Notes under the pieces: model-generated
Seen by the model: the letters and a program-made list of their open reading frames with translations, nothing else
Told to the model about the DNA's origin: nothing
The model's database searches: none
Origin: Terriglobia bacterium
GTDB lineage: Bacteria > Acidobacteriota > Terriglobia > 20CM-2-55-15
Length of the DNA: 64,000 nucleotides
Assembly (NCBI GenBank): GCA_965218585.1
Contig: CBDCLE010000010.1
Location: forward strand, 150,418-214,417
Direction: 5' to 3'
Position numbers and translations under genes: made by a program
Shown: piece after piece, positions 21,276 to 33,681 of the stretch
Layout: each line of letters opens with the position of its first letter
Position numbering within the stretch: the stretch's first letter is position 1

Positions 21276-22847
21276 CTACGGCAGCCAGAACCAGAAAGCC
21301 GACTGCTCACCCACCGAATGGACCACTTCGATCGCGACGGTTTCGTTCGTGCTGAGTTCGTCGAGCATTCCGCTCTCGGTGATACACAGGGTGCGGGAAG
21401 GAGTCGCCAGTGCGACAAGTTCTTCTTCAGACAGCGCGGTCTCGACGTGTCTGCCCCTGTAATACTCGAGACCGTATTCCATCCAGGGACTGGGCCTGTA
21501 CAGGACCACCTCCTGACTCTCGGAAACAAAGCGATTCAATTCGGTTTCCCAGGGGCGCATCGATTCCATACTCTGGACTCTTGGAAATACTGCAGCCGTT
21601 ATGACAAAGACGAGAATAGCTATAGTGAGCACATTCACGGTTCCCAGAGCCGGAGGGGGCAGCCACACGCCGATCGCTACCAGAACCGCCGCCATCACGA
21701 GAGTTATGACCAGTATCGCCATCCCGTTGACCTGGATATCGATGTTTATCTGATCCCCGAAAAAGCCGAACGCTATTCCAACCGCGATCCAGAGTGCCGC
21801 CTGGCAGAAAGCCGCGATCCGGTAGGACAGGACGCTGTCACGCCGCGCCACTTCACGTGCGCACAAGAGAGCGATCGGCGAGGCCATAGGGAGGATGTAG
21901 GCCGGTAGCTTTGAGCCCGAAAGTGAGAAAAAGATGAAGGGCGCAAGAGCCCACATCAGTATCAACTGTTCGTTCCTGGCGAACCGACGCCGCAGGGCGG
22001 GTATCAACAGAAAACTCCACGGAAACATCATGAGCAGAAGAACAGGAATATAGAAATAGAAAGGTTGTTCGTGCCCGTAGACGTCAGTGGTGAACCGACC
22101 GAGGTTGTGCTCGAGAATAAAGACGTTGATGAACTCGGAACCATTCACGATGGCTACGGCGGCATACCACGGCCCTGCCACCAGACCAGTGACAAGAATT
22201 CCCTCCGGATGCCACTTCTTCCACTCTCCCCTCGGACCTCGCCAGATCAGAAACATCACGAGCGCAAACGCCGGTAGAACAATCGCAACGGGTCCTTTCG
22301 CAAGAACTCCAAGCCCCACGGCGGCGTAAAACGCGTAGAAATACCACCGACGCGAACTTCCCGAAGTTTCGTGGCCGACAAGAAAGAAAGCGAGCGCTGC
22401 CGTCAGTGACGCCGTCAGGGGCATATCCATGGATGCCGCTCTGGCCAATCCGAAGAACCCGATCGAGGTGGCCAGAATCAGAGCCGCACTGAAGCCGATG
22501 CCCCGCGTAAACAGGCGGCGTCCGGCCCAGTAGATGAGAAAAACTGAAAGGGTTGCACCCAACGCCGAGGGTAACCGCGCTCCGGTTTCGCCTATGCCGA
22601 AGATCGCATACCCCAACGCGGCACCCCAGTACATCAGTACGGGTTTTTCAAACCAGTTTTCACCCAGGAGTCGGGGTGTGATGTAATCCCCGCTCAAATA
22701 CATCTCACGCGCTACGGCGGCGTAACGCGGCTCGTCCGGGCCTAGAAATCCGATGCCACCTAACTCATGGAAAAAGAGGACGTAGCAAAGGCCGGCAAGT
22801 GCGGCGAGGATGAAGTAGTCGAGGTCCTGGTCAAGCTTCGGTCTCAT
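21276..22847 (-). CDS. ArnT/PMT-family (GT83/GT39) membrane glycosyltransferase
   Basis: DEPRYA..AREM, WFEKPVL.YW, ARLPSAL, LAKGP, SKLPAYILP. Confidence 0.9.
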   Translation of the reverse strand: MRPKLDQDLDYFILAALAGLCYVLFFHELGGIGFLGPDEPRYAAVAREMYLSGDYITPRLLGENWFEKPVLMYWGAALGYAIFGIGETGARLPSALGATLSVFLIYWAGRRLFTRGIGFSAALILATSIGFFGLARAASMDMPLTASLTAALAFFLVGHETSGSSRRWYFYAFYAAVGLGVLAKGPVAIVLPAFALVMFLIWRGPRGEWKKWHPEGILVTGLVAGPWYAAVAIVNGSEFINVFILEHNLGRFTTDVYGHEQPFYFYIPVLLLMMFPWSFLLIPALRRRFARNEQLILMWALAPFIFFSLSGSKLPAYILPMASPIALLCAREVARRDSVLSYRIAAFCQAALWIAVGIAFGFFGDQINIDIQVNGMAILVITLVMAAVLVAIGVWLPPPALGTVNVLTIAILVFVITAAVFPRVQSMESMRPWETELNRFVSESQEVVLYRPSPWMEYGLEYYRGRHVETALSEEELVALATPSRTLCITESGMLDELSTNETVAIEVVHSVGEQSAFWFWLP

Positions 22848-22873
22848 CTTGAAAGTATGTGAAAATACCACGG

Positions 22874-23785
22874 ATGCGCGTGGGGGTAAAAGCTCGTATA
22901 GAGTACAGCTTAACGAAGGTTCTGCTGGGTATTTTCGGCCGAATGCCACGGGCGATGGCCTACGGGGCCGGCAGAGCCGTTGCGCTGATCGGATACCACC
23001 TTGCACGCAAACAGCGCAGCACAGCTCTGCACAACCTTCGAATGGCCCTGCCGGAGTTGTCCGAAGCCGAACGCGCGGGAATCGTACGGGGAGTTTTCTC
23101 CAACCTCGGTCGTCTGCTGGCCGAGTTCAGCCAGCTTCCGAAACTCACATCCGACAACGTCTCCGAGATCGTTGAATACGAAGGCCTGGAAAACTACCTG
23201 GAGGGACTCCGGCGAGGACGGGGAGTCCTGTTCCTGACCGCACACGTCGGTGCGTGGGAACTGTCTTCTTTCGCGCACTGCCTCTACGGTTACCCGATGA
23301 AGTTCCTGACCCGACCGCTGGACAATCCATTGGTGGAGTCATTGGTCAACGACATGCGGACCATTTCGGGAAACCAGGCTATCGACAGAAAGGGGGCCTC
23401 GCGCGAGGTCCTGAAAGCGCTACGGAATAATGAAACAGTAGGAATTCTTATCGATCAGAACACGATTCGATCAGAAGGTATCTTCGCTGATTTTTTCGGG
23501 ATTCCGGCAGCGACGACTCCCGCTCTGGCAACATTCGCCATCCGGACCGGGGCCGCCGTCGTACCCGGCTACATACGTTGGGATCCTGAGCGTCGCCGAC
23601 ACGTTCTTTCGTTTGAACCTCCCGTCGAACTGGAAGAAACAGGAAACCAACAGGAAGACATCGCAGCCAATACTCGCCTGTTCAACGAAATCCTGGAACG
23701 ATTTGTAAGGAAGTTTCCCCAGGAATGGCTTTGGATCCACAAGAGATGGAAAACCCGCCCCGAAGGCGAACCTTCCCTCTACTGA
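22874..23785 (+). CDS. Lipid A lauroyl/myristoyl acyltransferase (LpxL/HtrB family)
   Basis: LTAHVGAWE, RPLDNP, ILIDQ, FFG.PA.T, P.EWLWIHKRWK. Confidence 0.9.
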   Translation: MRVGVKARIEYSLTKVLLGIFGRMPRAMAYGAGRAVALIGYHLARKQRSTALHNLRMALPELSEAERAGIVRGVFSNLGRLLAEFSQLPKLTSDNVSEIVEYEGLENYLEGLRRGRGVLFLTAHVGAWELSSFAHCLYGYPMKFLTRPLDNPLVESLVNDMRTISGNQAIDRKGASREVLKALRNNETVGILIDQNTIRSEGIFADFFGIPAATTPALATFAIRTGAAVVPGYIRWDPERRRHVLSFEPPVELEETGNQQEDIAANTRLFNEILERFVRKFPQEWLWIHKRWKTRPEGEPSLY

Positions 23786-23888
23786 AAACTGAAAAAAGAA
23801 GGCCCTCAACGCAGAGGCGCAGAGGTCGCAAAGTACGCAGAAAGAATTTCTCTCTGCCACCTCTGCGCCTCTCGGTTAGTTCTTTCTC

Positions 23889-24743
23889 TTATTCGATTGC
23901 TCCGTAAGCCATCTTTTCGAGGCGGGAGACGCGTTCGGCCATCGGGGGATGTGTGCTGAAAAGGTTGGCCATTCCACCACCGCGGAGTGGGTTCACGATG
24001 AACATATGGGCAGTAGCCGGGCTGGCATTCATCGGGGCACGCTTAGACGCCGCTTCCAGTTTCTTCAAAGCGCTTGCAAGCCACATGGGGTTACCACAGA
24101 GCTCGGCACCGCTTCGGTCGGCCTGATACTCGCGAGAGCGGGATATGGCCATCTGGATCAGTGCGGCCGCGATCGGAGCAAGAATCATCATCGCGATTAA
24201 ACCGATGATGCCGCCACCGTTGTTTGAGTCCCGCCGTCCTCCACCAAATATCATCGCCCACTGAGCCATACTGGCCATCATGCTGATTGCGCCGGCGATC
24301 GTGGCAGCGACGGTTCCGATCAGGATGTCGCGGTTGCGGACGTGTGCCAGTTCGTGCGCCATGACACCGGACAGTTCCTCGCGGCTCAACAATCTGAGGA
24401 CTCCCTGGGTGGCAGCTACGGCGGCGTGATTCGGGTTGCGGCCCGTTGCAAACGCGTTCGGGGCGTCCGAAGGAATGACGTAAACCTTGGGCATGGGCAT
24501 GTTCGCCCGCGTCGTCAGATCGCGCACGACGCTGTACAGTTCCGGTGCATCACTCTCGGTGGCCTCCTTGGCCTTGTACATTTTCAGGACGAGCTTGTCG
24601 CTGAACCAGTAGGAGAAAGCGTTCATGCCGACCGCCATGATGAAGGCGAACACCATCCACTGCCGGCCTCCGAACGCTCCGCCCGCAAGCACTAGCAACA
24701 CGGTCAAACCGGTCATCAGGGCGGCAGTCTTTGCTGTATTCAT
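23889..24743 (-). CDS. htpX: Zinc metalloprotease HtpX
   Basis: [28 protein letters not shown]. Confidence 0.95.
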   Translation of the reverse strand: MNTAKTAALMTGLTVLLVLAGGAFGGRQWMVFAFIMAVGMNAFSYWFSDKLVLKMYKAKEATESDAPELYSVVRDLTTRANMPMPKVYVIPSDAPNAFATGRNPNHAAVAATQGVLRLLSREELSGVMAHELAHVRNRDILIGTVAATIAGAISMMASMAQWAMIFGGGRRDSNNGGGIIGLIAMMILAPIAAALIQMAISRSREYQADRSGAELCGNPMWLASALKKLEAASKRAPMNASPATAHMFIVNPLRGGGMANLFSTHPPMAERVSRLEKMAYGAIE

Positions 24744-24783
24744 TTCTTTCTCCTAAGGGGAACGTGATGGGTCTTCCTTACAG

Positions 24784-24811
24784 ATTGTATGAGTCAAAAG
24801 CCCCTTGTCAA
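24784..24811 (-). promoter_or_regulatory. Sigma70-type promoter for htpX
   Basis: TTGACA-16 bp-TACAAT on minus strand. Confidence 0.7.
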
Positions 24812-24864
24812 ACTGAAGACCTGTAGGTGCGCTCTGTGAGCGCACCTACAGAAGAAAATTCCAT

Positions 24865-26115
24865 CTAACCAGTATCCATGGCTCGGGAAAGAAACTCTGC
24901 GATATGAACGACTTCAAGATTTAGGCCGTGCCGACGAGTTCCATACTGGAGTTGGAACAGGCAACCCGGATTGCCCGTGACAAGTACGTCCAGATCTGCG
25001 GCCCTAACGTTTTCCATCTTTCTGTCCAGGATCTCCAGAGACAGCTCGGGCTGGGTCAGGTTGTAGACACCCGCGCTCCCGCAGCATTCATCTGCAGAGG
25101 CAACTTCTATTAAATCCATACCGGGCACGGCGGAAAGCAGATCCCTGGGAGCGGCACTCACACCCTGGGCGTGAATCAAGTGGCACGGATCGTCATATCC
25201 GACACGCAAAGGAATATCTTTCATGAGGCGTGTCCGGATGGACGTCGTCGCCAGAAAAGAAGACACGTCCATGATCTTCTCGGAAAACTCCTCGGCTCCA
25301 TCAATCAGCAGCGGGTACTCTGCCAGCATGGCACTGCATCCCGAAGCGTTGACGATGATCGCATCCACCTCCGAAACAGGAAACGCAGCGACGTTGGTTC
25401 TGGCCATGTCAGAAGCGGTTTCTCTGAAACCCGCGTGGTTGGCCAACGCCCCGCAGCAGACCTGATCGGCAGGAACCGCAACGTCGTATCCTGCCCCAGT
25501 GAGCAGATCGACAGTAGAGCGATTCACATCTCCAAGCAGCGAGTTCATGACGCAACCCGACAAGAAGGCCACTGTGCCCTCGCGCCGACCGAGCGCCGGA
25601 TAGACATTTCCCGGACGAACGCCCTGTGTGAATTCCACTTCGGGCGTCAGCGCTTCAGCCCGAGCGTAGTCTGGCAGAAAGCGTTCGAGCAGCCCGGTCG
25701 TTCTGAGAAAGGGTGACAAGCCTGACGCGCGGTAGAACTGCAACATCCTCGCAGCGAAGTGAAACCGTCCGGGATACGGAAAAACATGATTGAGCACGAA
25801 CCGGGAGATCGAATCCGGGGGACGCTCTTCCAAAATTTGTCCCCGCATCTCTTCCATCATGTTCCCGAAGCGGACTCCGGACGGGCACGCCGTTTCGCAA
25901 GCCCTGCAGTCCAGGCAACGGAACATGTGCTCTACGAAAGAATCGGTGATCTCGGCCCGGCCTTCGGAAAACGCGTGCATGAGGTAAACACGCCCCCGAG
26001 GTGAATCCACTTCGTTTCCAAGAACGCGATAGGTCGGACAAGACGAAAGACAAAGACCGCAATGAATGCAGTCCAGATACGCTTCCTCACCACTGTGGCT
26101 CGTAACACGGCTCAC
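24865..26115 (-). CDS. glcF: Glycolate oxidase Fe-S subunit
   Basis: CIHCGLCLSSCP, CLDCRACETACP, CCG domains. Confidence 0.88.
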   Translation of the reverse strand: MSRVTSHSGEEAYLDCIHCGLCLSSCPTYRVLGNEVDSPRGRVYLMHAFSEGRAEITDSFVEHMFRCLDCRACETACPSGVRFGNMMEEMRGQILEERPPDSISRFVLNHVFPYPGRFHFAARMLQFYRASGLSPFLRTTGLLERFLPDYARAEALTPEVEFTQGVRPGNVYPALGRREGTVAFLSGCVMNSLLGDVNRSTVDLLTGAGYDVAVPADQVCCGALANHAGFRETASDMARTNVAAFPVSEVDAIIVNASGCSAMLAEYPLLIDGAEEFSEKIMDVSSFLATTSIRTRLMKDIPLRVGYDDPCHLIHAQGVSAAPRDLLSAVPGMDLIEVASADECCGSAGVYNLTQPELSLEILDRKMENVRAADLDVLVTGNPGCLFQLQYGTRRHGLNLEVVHIAEFLSRAMDTG

Positions 26116-27227
26116 TCGGGGGTTTCCCCGTCGACATGCCGCCCTGGATTGAGGCGGTGGTCAGGATCGAACGCGTTCTTTATCTGAACCATCAGCCTGT
26201 GCTGGTCGACACTCACACCGAACGTCGGTATTTGACGCCGCACCTCGAGAGGAGCGCGTTCAAGAATGGCTGGGAACTCCCTTCTCAGTTTCCGAATCTG
26301 GTCCGGCACCAGGCTCATCAGGACGGTTCCTCTTGCCGCATGTGCGAGCCATGCCCGGGGCTCATATCTATCAAGTACGTCACCGACACTTGACGGCGGA
26401 ATCACGGCGCGAACGATGACCTCTCCGAGACCCTCATATGCCTCACCGATCGAGGGGGACGCCTCAGATTCGGTGCCGGGGCCCGATTGTTGCCAGTCGC
26501 CTTCGGGCAGATGTTCCATCTGCCATCGAACTGCCTCGGCCGTATCCGCAAAGCGGATGTAGACCCAATTCCCGGGACCCGTCCAGATCAGGGAAACGGG
26601 ATTCAGTGAACTCTGACGAATGCGGCGAACCATTTCAGTAGCTTCCTGAATACTCGACAACTCAATCCGGGCACTTGCCTTTGTCTGATAGCGGGGACTC
26701 ACCTTGAAACTGACTTCGGAAATGACAGCCAGAGAACCCAGAGAACCCGTGTAGAGTTTTGCCAGGTCGTATCCTGATACATTCTTGACGACACGACCGC
26801 CGGTCCGGGACACGCGTCCATCCGAATGAACGACCTTCATACCTATGATCGAATCACGGACGGTACCAACGGTTCGGAGTGATCCCTGAGCGTTGGTCGA
26901 TACGATCCCGCCGATCGTTCGATCCCGGCCATTCCACGGATCGAGAGGAAGCATCTGATTGTGTTCGGCCAAAACATCCTGAAGCTCCCCCAAACGGATG
27001 CCCGCCTCAACGTGCACAGTGAGGTCCGCCGGGACGTATTCGGTGACGCGGTTCAACTTGCGTGTGTCCACAACGGAGTCGATCGCCTCGAGCGGATTAC
27101 CGAATGAAAGGGCGTGGCCGGACCCGACGGGAGCGATCGTTCCGGAAACGTTTTCTATAAGACTCGCCAATTCGTCCGTCGAGGCAGGAGTCAGGACGTG
27201 GTCCACAGGTAAGGAATCGACGATCAA
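26112..27227 (-). CDS. glcE: Glycolate oxidase FAD-binding subunit GlcE
   Basis: EYVPADLTV, GGRVVKNVSGYDL.KL..GSLG, FDP...LNPG; TTG start coupled to glcD stop. Confidence 0.85.
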   Translation of the reverse strand: MIVDSLPVDHVLTPASTDELASLIENVSGTIAPVGSGHALSFGNPLEAIDSVVDTRKLNRVTEYVPADLTVHVEAGIRLGELQDVLAEHNQMLPLDPWNGRDRTIGGIVSTNAQGSLRTVGTVRDSIIGMKVVHSDGRVSRTGGRVVKNVSGYDLAKLYTGSLGSLAVISEVSFKVSPRYQTKASARIELSSIQEATEMVRRIRQSSLNPVSLIWTGPGNWVYIRFADTAEAVRWQMEHLPEGDWQQSGPGTESEASPSIGEAYEGLGEVIVRAVIPPSSVGDVLDRYEPRAWLAHAARGTVLMSLVPDQIRKLRREFPAILERAPLEVRRQIPTFGVSVDQHRLMVQIKNAFDPDHRLNPGRHVDGETPE

Positions 27228-28697
27228 TTCCGCTCCGATCCGAAAACATGCCGATCGATCTGGCGCTGGGCCTCGGCCGTACTCGTGATACCCGGTCCAA
27301 CTTCCGTACAACCTCCCCGACTCGGAAAGATCTTTCCGGGATTGAGCAAACCCCTGGGGTTGAACACCCTGCGTGTCCGACGCATCACGTCCAGATCCGT
27401 GTCATTGAAGATCATGCACATGTACTCTTTTTTCTCGGCACCAATGCCATGCTCGCCACTCAGGGCTCCGCCTACTCCTACACAAACGTCGAGGATTTCC
27501 TCGCTCATCGCATGAATACGATCGACATGGTCCGTGTTCCGGCTGTCGAAAAGAATCAGGGGATGCAGGTTTCCGTCGCCGGCGTGAAACACGTTGGCAA
27601 TTTTCAAATCGTAGGTTTTAGAAATCCCCTCGATCTTCGAAAGCACCTCGGGAAGACGCGTCCTCGGAATCACCGCGTCCATCACGATCATGTCGGGACT
27701 GATGCGTCCCATGGCGCCAAACGCCCCCTTGCGACCCAGCCACAACCGATCTCGCTGCTGCTCGTTCTCGGCGACGCGAATGTCGTAAGAGTGATTTTGC
27801 TCCGCGATCCGGACGATTTCTGCGGTTGTCTCTTCAATGGCAGCATCAAACCCATCGACCTCGATCAACAGGCTGGCAGCCGCATCGAGCGGATACCCTG
27901 CCCGATAGACGGAAGCTTCGACAGCTTCTGTCGCTCTCTGGTCGACGAACTCCAGGGCCGCAGGTACGATTCCTGCCGCCACGATATCCGACACCGTCTG
28001 GCTGCACTCCTCAATGCTCCGAAATGCTGCCAGCAGAGTCTTAACGGCCTGAGGTTTCGGAAGCAGACGCACTGTGACTTCAGTGGTAATGGCAAAGGTG
28101 CCTTCCGATCCTACGAGGGCACCCACCAGATCGTAACCAACAGGCTCTCCCACCCCATTGCCAAGACGAAGGACAGTTCCATCGGTAAGAACGACTTCGA
28201 GCGCCAGCACATGGTTCGTCGTCATGCCGTACTTCAGGCAGTGCGGCCCACCGGCGTTTTCGGCAACGTTACCCCCGATGCTGCAGGCCATCTGACTGGA
28301 GGGATCCGGCGCGTAGTACAAACCATGCGGAGCGACGGCCGCAGAAACATCGAGGTTAACGACTCCAGGGCTGGAGGATGGCGATCTGATTTTCCGGATC
28401 AATCGAGAGGATTCGGTTCATTCTCTGCAGCTCGATGATGATTCCACCTTCGGCCGCAAGTGCACCGCCGCTTAATCCTGTTCCTGCACCACGGGGGAGG
28501 AACGGTACACTGAATTCGTTGGCCACGCGGACGATAGATGAAACTTCGTCGGTCGTTGCAGGAAACACAACGGCTTCGGGGCTGTGTTTGAACAGGGCGA
28601 GTGCGTCGCACTCGTAAACGAGCAATTCGGTTTCATCGACCGTTGCTCGCCCCTCCCCAACGATGGCCTTCAACCGATCGATGATTTCCTGCTTCAT
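27224..28697 (-). CDS. glcD: Glycolate oxidase subunit GlcD (frameshift near 28370)
   Basis: PRGAGTGLSGG, PDPSS..ACSIGGNVAEN.GG, HAGDGNLHP, SGEHGIG split over two ORFs. Confidence 0.88.
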
Positions 28698-28741
28698 GGG
28701 AACTCGTTGATCAATGTAAAGACGATGGGGTTCGCCCCCCT

Positions 28742-29311
28742 TTATGGCTCGTTCCTTAACCGGTCAATTTCAGCCTGAACCATGTCCCGTTGCGGATAGA
28801 GAGGGTTTTCCCGAACAAGCGTTTCCCAAAGCCGAATAGCGCCTTCCCGATCGTCCCGTTGTTCCAGGAGGACGACGCCCATGTTGAACAGCGTCTGAGG
28901 GTGATTAGGTTCGATCGCAAGCGAAGTCTCGAATTCAACGATCGCCTCCTCGATGCGATCTGAGTAGTAAAGAGCGGTCGCCATGTCAGTTCTCAGGCTG
29001 GGATCCTCCGGACCGAGTTCCAGCGCTAGTTCGTAGTACAGCACGGCTGATTGGAAACTCTGAATGTCGAAATAGAGGTTCGCAAGATCTATCAACAGCT
29101 GGAAATCATCCGGAGTTTCGATCAATTGGGCTTCGAGCTGCTGGATCATCTGCAGTTCATCCTGCACGTTTTGAGCCGTTGGTGCCGGCGCTGTGGCAGC
29201 CATATCCCGAACCACAATCGGACCCAGGTCACGGTCTCGCACAACCAGATACGTTGCGATAAAACCGATGAGAAGGCCCGTTATGAGAAGGAGGTAGGAA
29301 TCCCTGTTCAT
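28742..29311 (-). CDS. Membrane-anchored TPR protein
   Basis: N-terminal TM, TPR-like LANLYFD..A...YE.AL, EPNHPQTLFNMG. Confidence 0.8.
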   Translation of the reverse strand: MNRDSYLLLITGLLIGFIATYLVVRDRDLGPIVVRDMAATAPAPTAQNVQDELQMIQQLEAQLIETPDDFQLLIDLANLYFDIQSFQSAVLYYELALELGPEDPSLRTDMATALYYSDRIEEAIVEFETSLAIEPNHPQTLFNMGVVLLEQRDDREGAIRLWETLVRENPLYPQRDMVQAEIDRLRNEP

Positions 29312-29375
29312 CGGATGGATGATATCAGTTTTCGGCTATCAGCTGTCAGCCTTCAGCGGGCAACCCTGACTGCGA

Positions 29376-29966
29376 CTATTCGATCAGAAACGGCTTGAAA
29401 AGTCCCTGATACTCAGCATCCGAAAATCGGTCTCCAAAAGCCCTCGAGTCGACAAGATCAATTGCGGTCATTCGGTGCATCCCGCGCGAAATGTCGGTCG
29501 CCAAAATCCGGCAAGCGAGAACGACCGCCCAGTCCGCGACTTCCCGTCTGAAGAGACCGCTGGCGAACCGGACCCAGTTCTCGAGGTGATCCTCTTCGAG
29601 GATTGGCCAAAACCGAACGGCGACTTTCATTGAACCGTTTTGGAACACTTTGTCGCGGCGGCTGATTTCTACTCGTTTCCAATCCGACTTCCGAAGTAAT
29701 TGATCCGCGGCATTCAGAACGGCGATCTGCAGCGGTAGCGGTTCAGCGATTCTCAGCTTGCGGTCGTAGGTCTGGCGACTGGACGCGTTTCGAAGGCACG
29801 CGTACGCTTCGTTCACCAGGACCATGTGGCTGGAGAGTTCCCCGGCTGCCGGTCCCGTATTCCGGTCCGGATGGTACTCGAGGGCCAGGGCGCGATAGGC
29901 CCTGTGAATCGCCTCCGGTGTTGCATGACGGGGAAGGTCGAGGACGCGATAGTAGTCGATGGTCAT
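29376..29966 (-). CDS. DnaJ (J-domain) protein with C-terminal domain
   Basis: DYYRVL..., HPD motif, VNEAY..L. Confidence 0.85.
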   Translation of the reverse strand: MTIDYYRVLDLPRHATPEAIHRAYRALALEYHPDRNTGPAAGELSSHMVLVNEAYACLRNASSRQTYDRKLRIAEPLPLQIAVLNAADQLLRKSDWKRVEISRRDKVFQNGSMKVAVRFWPILEEDHLENWVRFASGLFRREVADWAVVLACRILATDISRGMHRMTAIDLVDSRAFGDRFSDAEYQGLFKPFLIE

Positions 29967-31210
29967 AGCGTGTCTCCAAAATAACAAGTCCGGTAGGCTT
30001 CCGCGACGGCGACTTCACCGGCAAGCACCTGTTCGCGAGCCTGATTCAGGACCGGAACGAATCCCGACCGGGCCGCCACTCTCCGCAACTCCGATTCATT
30101 CCCGGAAACGACACACTCTCGTGTATCCCGGTTCAATTCAAGAACCTCGAAGAGAGGCATGCGTCCTCCAGTCGCTGTAAACTGGCACTGTTCGCATCCA
30201 TGGCTCCGCCGAAGACCGAGAGCTTCGGACTCTTCAATGCCGAGTCGATCCAGGTAGAATTCCGCGGGTAGATCCGGCCCGAGGCAATGCGGACAATTTC
30301 TCCTCACCAAACGTTGAGCAACCGCACCGATCATGGCAGATGCAACCACGTGAGGATCGACGCCCAGCTCGGTAAGGCGCAGCAAGATTGAAGGTGCATC
30401 GGTCGCATGCAGGGTTGAAAGGACGAGGTGGCCGGTCAGAGCAGCTTCAAAGGCGATTCGAGCCGTTTCAGCGTCTCTTATCTCGCCCACCAAAATCACA
30501 TCCGGATCCTGGCGCAGGACCGAGCGCAGGGCGCGTTGGAAAGTCAGCTGTGATTTATGATCGACCTGAATCTGACGAATCCCGTCCACGCGGTATTCGA
30601 TGGGGTCTTCAATGGTGACGACATTGAGCGGAAAACCTCTCAGCTCGTCGATGATCGCATAAAGAGTCGTCGTCTTGCCGCTGCCGGTGGGCCCGGCAAC
30701 GATGACGATTCCCTGGGGCCTCCGGCTGATAGCTTTTAGCCGGGTTTCTACAGCCGGACCCGCACCCAGACCAGCGATGGTTGGAAGGTACTCCCGGTCT
30801 CTGAAGATCCGAACGACAACCGCCTCTCCTCCCTGGGTTGGCATCGTCGACAACCGTCCGTCGATACCTTCAGACCGGTCGACTATATGACCGTCCTGAG
30901 GCAGGCGGCGTTCGGTGATGTCCAGCCGGGCCATCACTTTGATCCGCGCGACAAGTTGCTCGTGGAGCCATCGGGGCAGCTCGAAGGCGTCGAACATCAA
31001 TCCGTCAACACGGTAACGGATCCGTGTCTGACGCCGTCCAGGCTCGATATGTATGTCGCTGGCACCCAGGCGGACAGCTTCGCTGAACACGAAATGCTGG
31101 ATTTCCAGCAAGGGTGGTTCGAATCGTGAAGGAAAATCGATCCTTTGCGCGGGGGCAATCGATCGTGATTTCGTCGAACGCCGGGATACCGGAACAAGCT
31201 CGGTAGACAT
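29963..31210 (-). CDS. GspE/PilB-family secretion ATPase (short form)
   Basis: ASDIHIEP, ERRLPQDG, GPTGSGKTTT, TIEDPIEY, LRQDPD, TGHLV.STLH, CxxC pairs. Confidence 0.92.
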   Translation of the reverse strand: MSTELVPVSRRSTKSRSIAPAQRIDFPSRFEPPLLEIQHFVFSEAVRLGASDIHIEPGRRQTRIRYRVDGLMFDAFELPRWLHEQLVARIKVMARLDITERRLPQDGHIVDRSEGIDGRLSTMPTQGGEAVVVRIFRDREYLPTIAGLGAGPAVETRLKAISRRPQGIVIVAGPTGSGKTTTLYAIIDELRGFPLNVVTIEDPIEYRVDGIRQIQVDHKSQLTFQRALRSVLRQDPDVILVGEIRDAETARIAFEAALTGHLVLSTLHATDAPSILLRLTELGVDPHVVASAMIGAVAQRLVRRNCPHCLGPDLPAEFYLDRLGIEESEALGLRRSHGCEQCQFTATGGRMPLFEVLELNRDTRECVVSGNESELRRVAARSGFVPVLNQAREQVLAGEVAVAEAYRTCYFGDTL

Positions 31211-31413
31211 GAGTTTTTGAGGAACTGAAGGGCGTCGGCGGGCCAGATCATGATACCACGACCACGACACGGGAGTCGGACAGGAAGAACTAACGCAGAG
31301 ACCCTGAGAAAGCCAGATAAGTATTTTCCCTGCGGCCTCTGCGTACTCTGCGCCCCTGCGTTCGAAAATCCCCATCTTCAGAAATGTTGTAAAGTGGTAC
31401 GGGAGCCGAAAAA

Positions 31414-31564
31414 AGCCGACGCTTGTCGGAGGCGACAGACAACGAGCCGACGCTTGTCGGAGGCGACAGACAACGAGCCGACGCTTGTCGGAGGCGACAG
31501 ACAACGAGCCGACGCTTGTCGGAGGCGACAGACAACGAGCCGACGCTTGTCGGAGGCGACAGAC
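31414..31564. repeat. Perfect 31-bp tandem repeat, about 4.9 copies
   Basis: Unit AGCCGACGCTTGTCGGAGGCGACAGACAACG at 31414, 31445, 31476, 31507, partial at 31538. Confidence 0.95.
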
Positions 31565-31567
31565 GTT

Positions 31568-33485
<1,918 letters not shown>

Positions 33486-33681
33486 CCCAACAGCGGTCCT
33501 TGCCTCCAACAGTCAACGCAGAGACGCAGAGCATGAGAAGAAATAGGCTCTGTGAGATTCTGCCGAGCGATTTCCTGCGGGTTCCCAATAGCTGTCTCGC
33601 TGACTCAACTCTTGCGAGTCCGAGCAGGACGTAGGCAACCTTGTTCTGCCTTTTCTTCCTCTGCGCGTCTGCGTTTTCCTT

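Noticed and set aside
27248-28438. Long antisense ORFs (also 13629-14687, 1413-2447, 7283-8029)
   Set aside because: Shadows of real genes on the opposite strand in GC-rich DNA
31414-31564. CRISPR array
   Set aside because: Units abut with no unique spacers; no cas genes in the window
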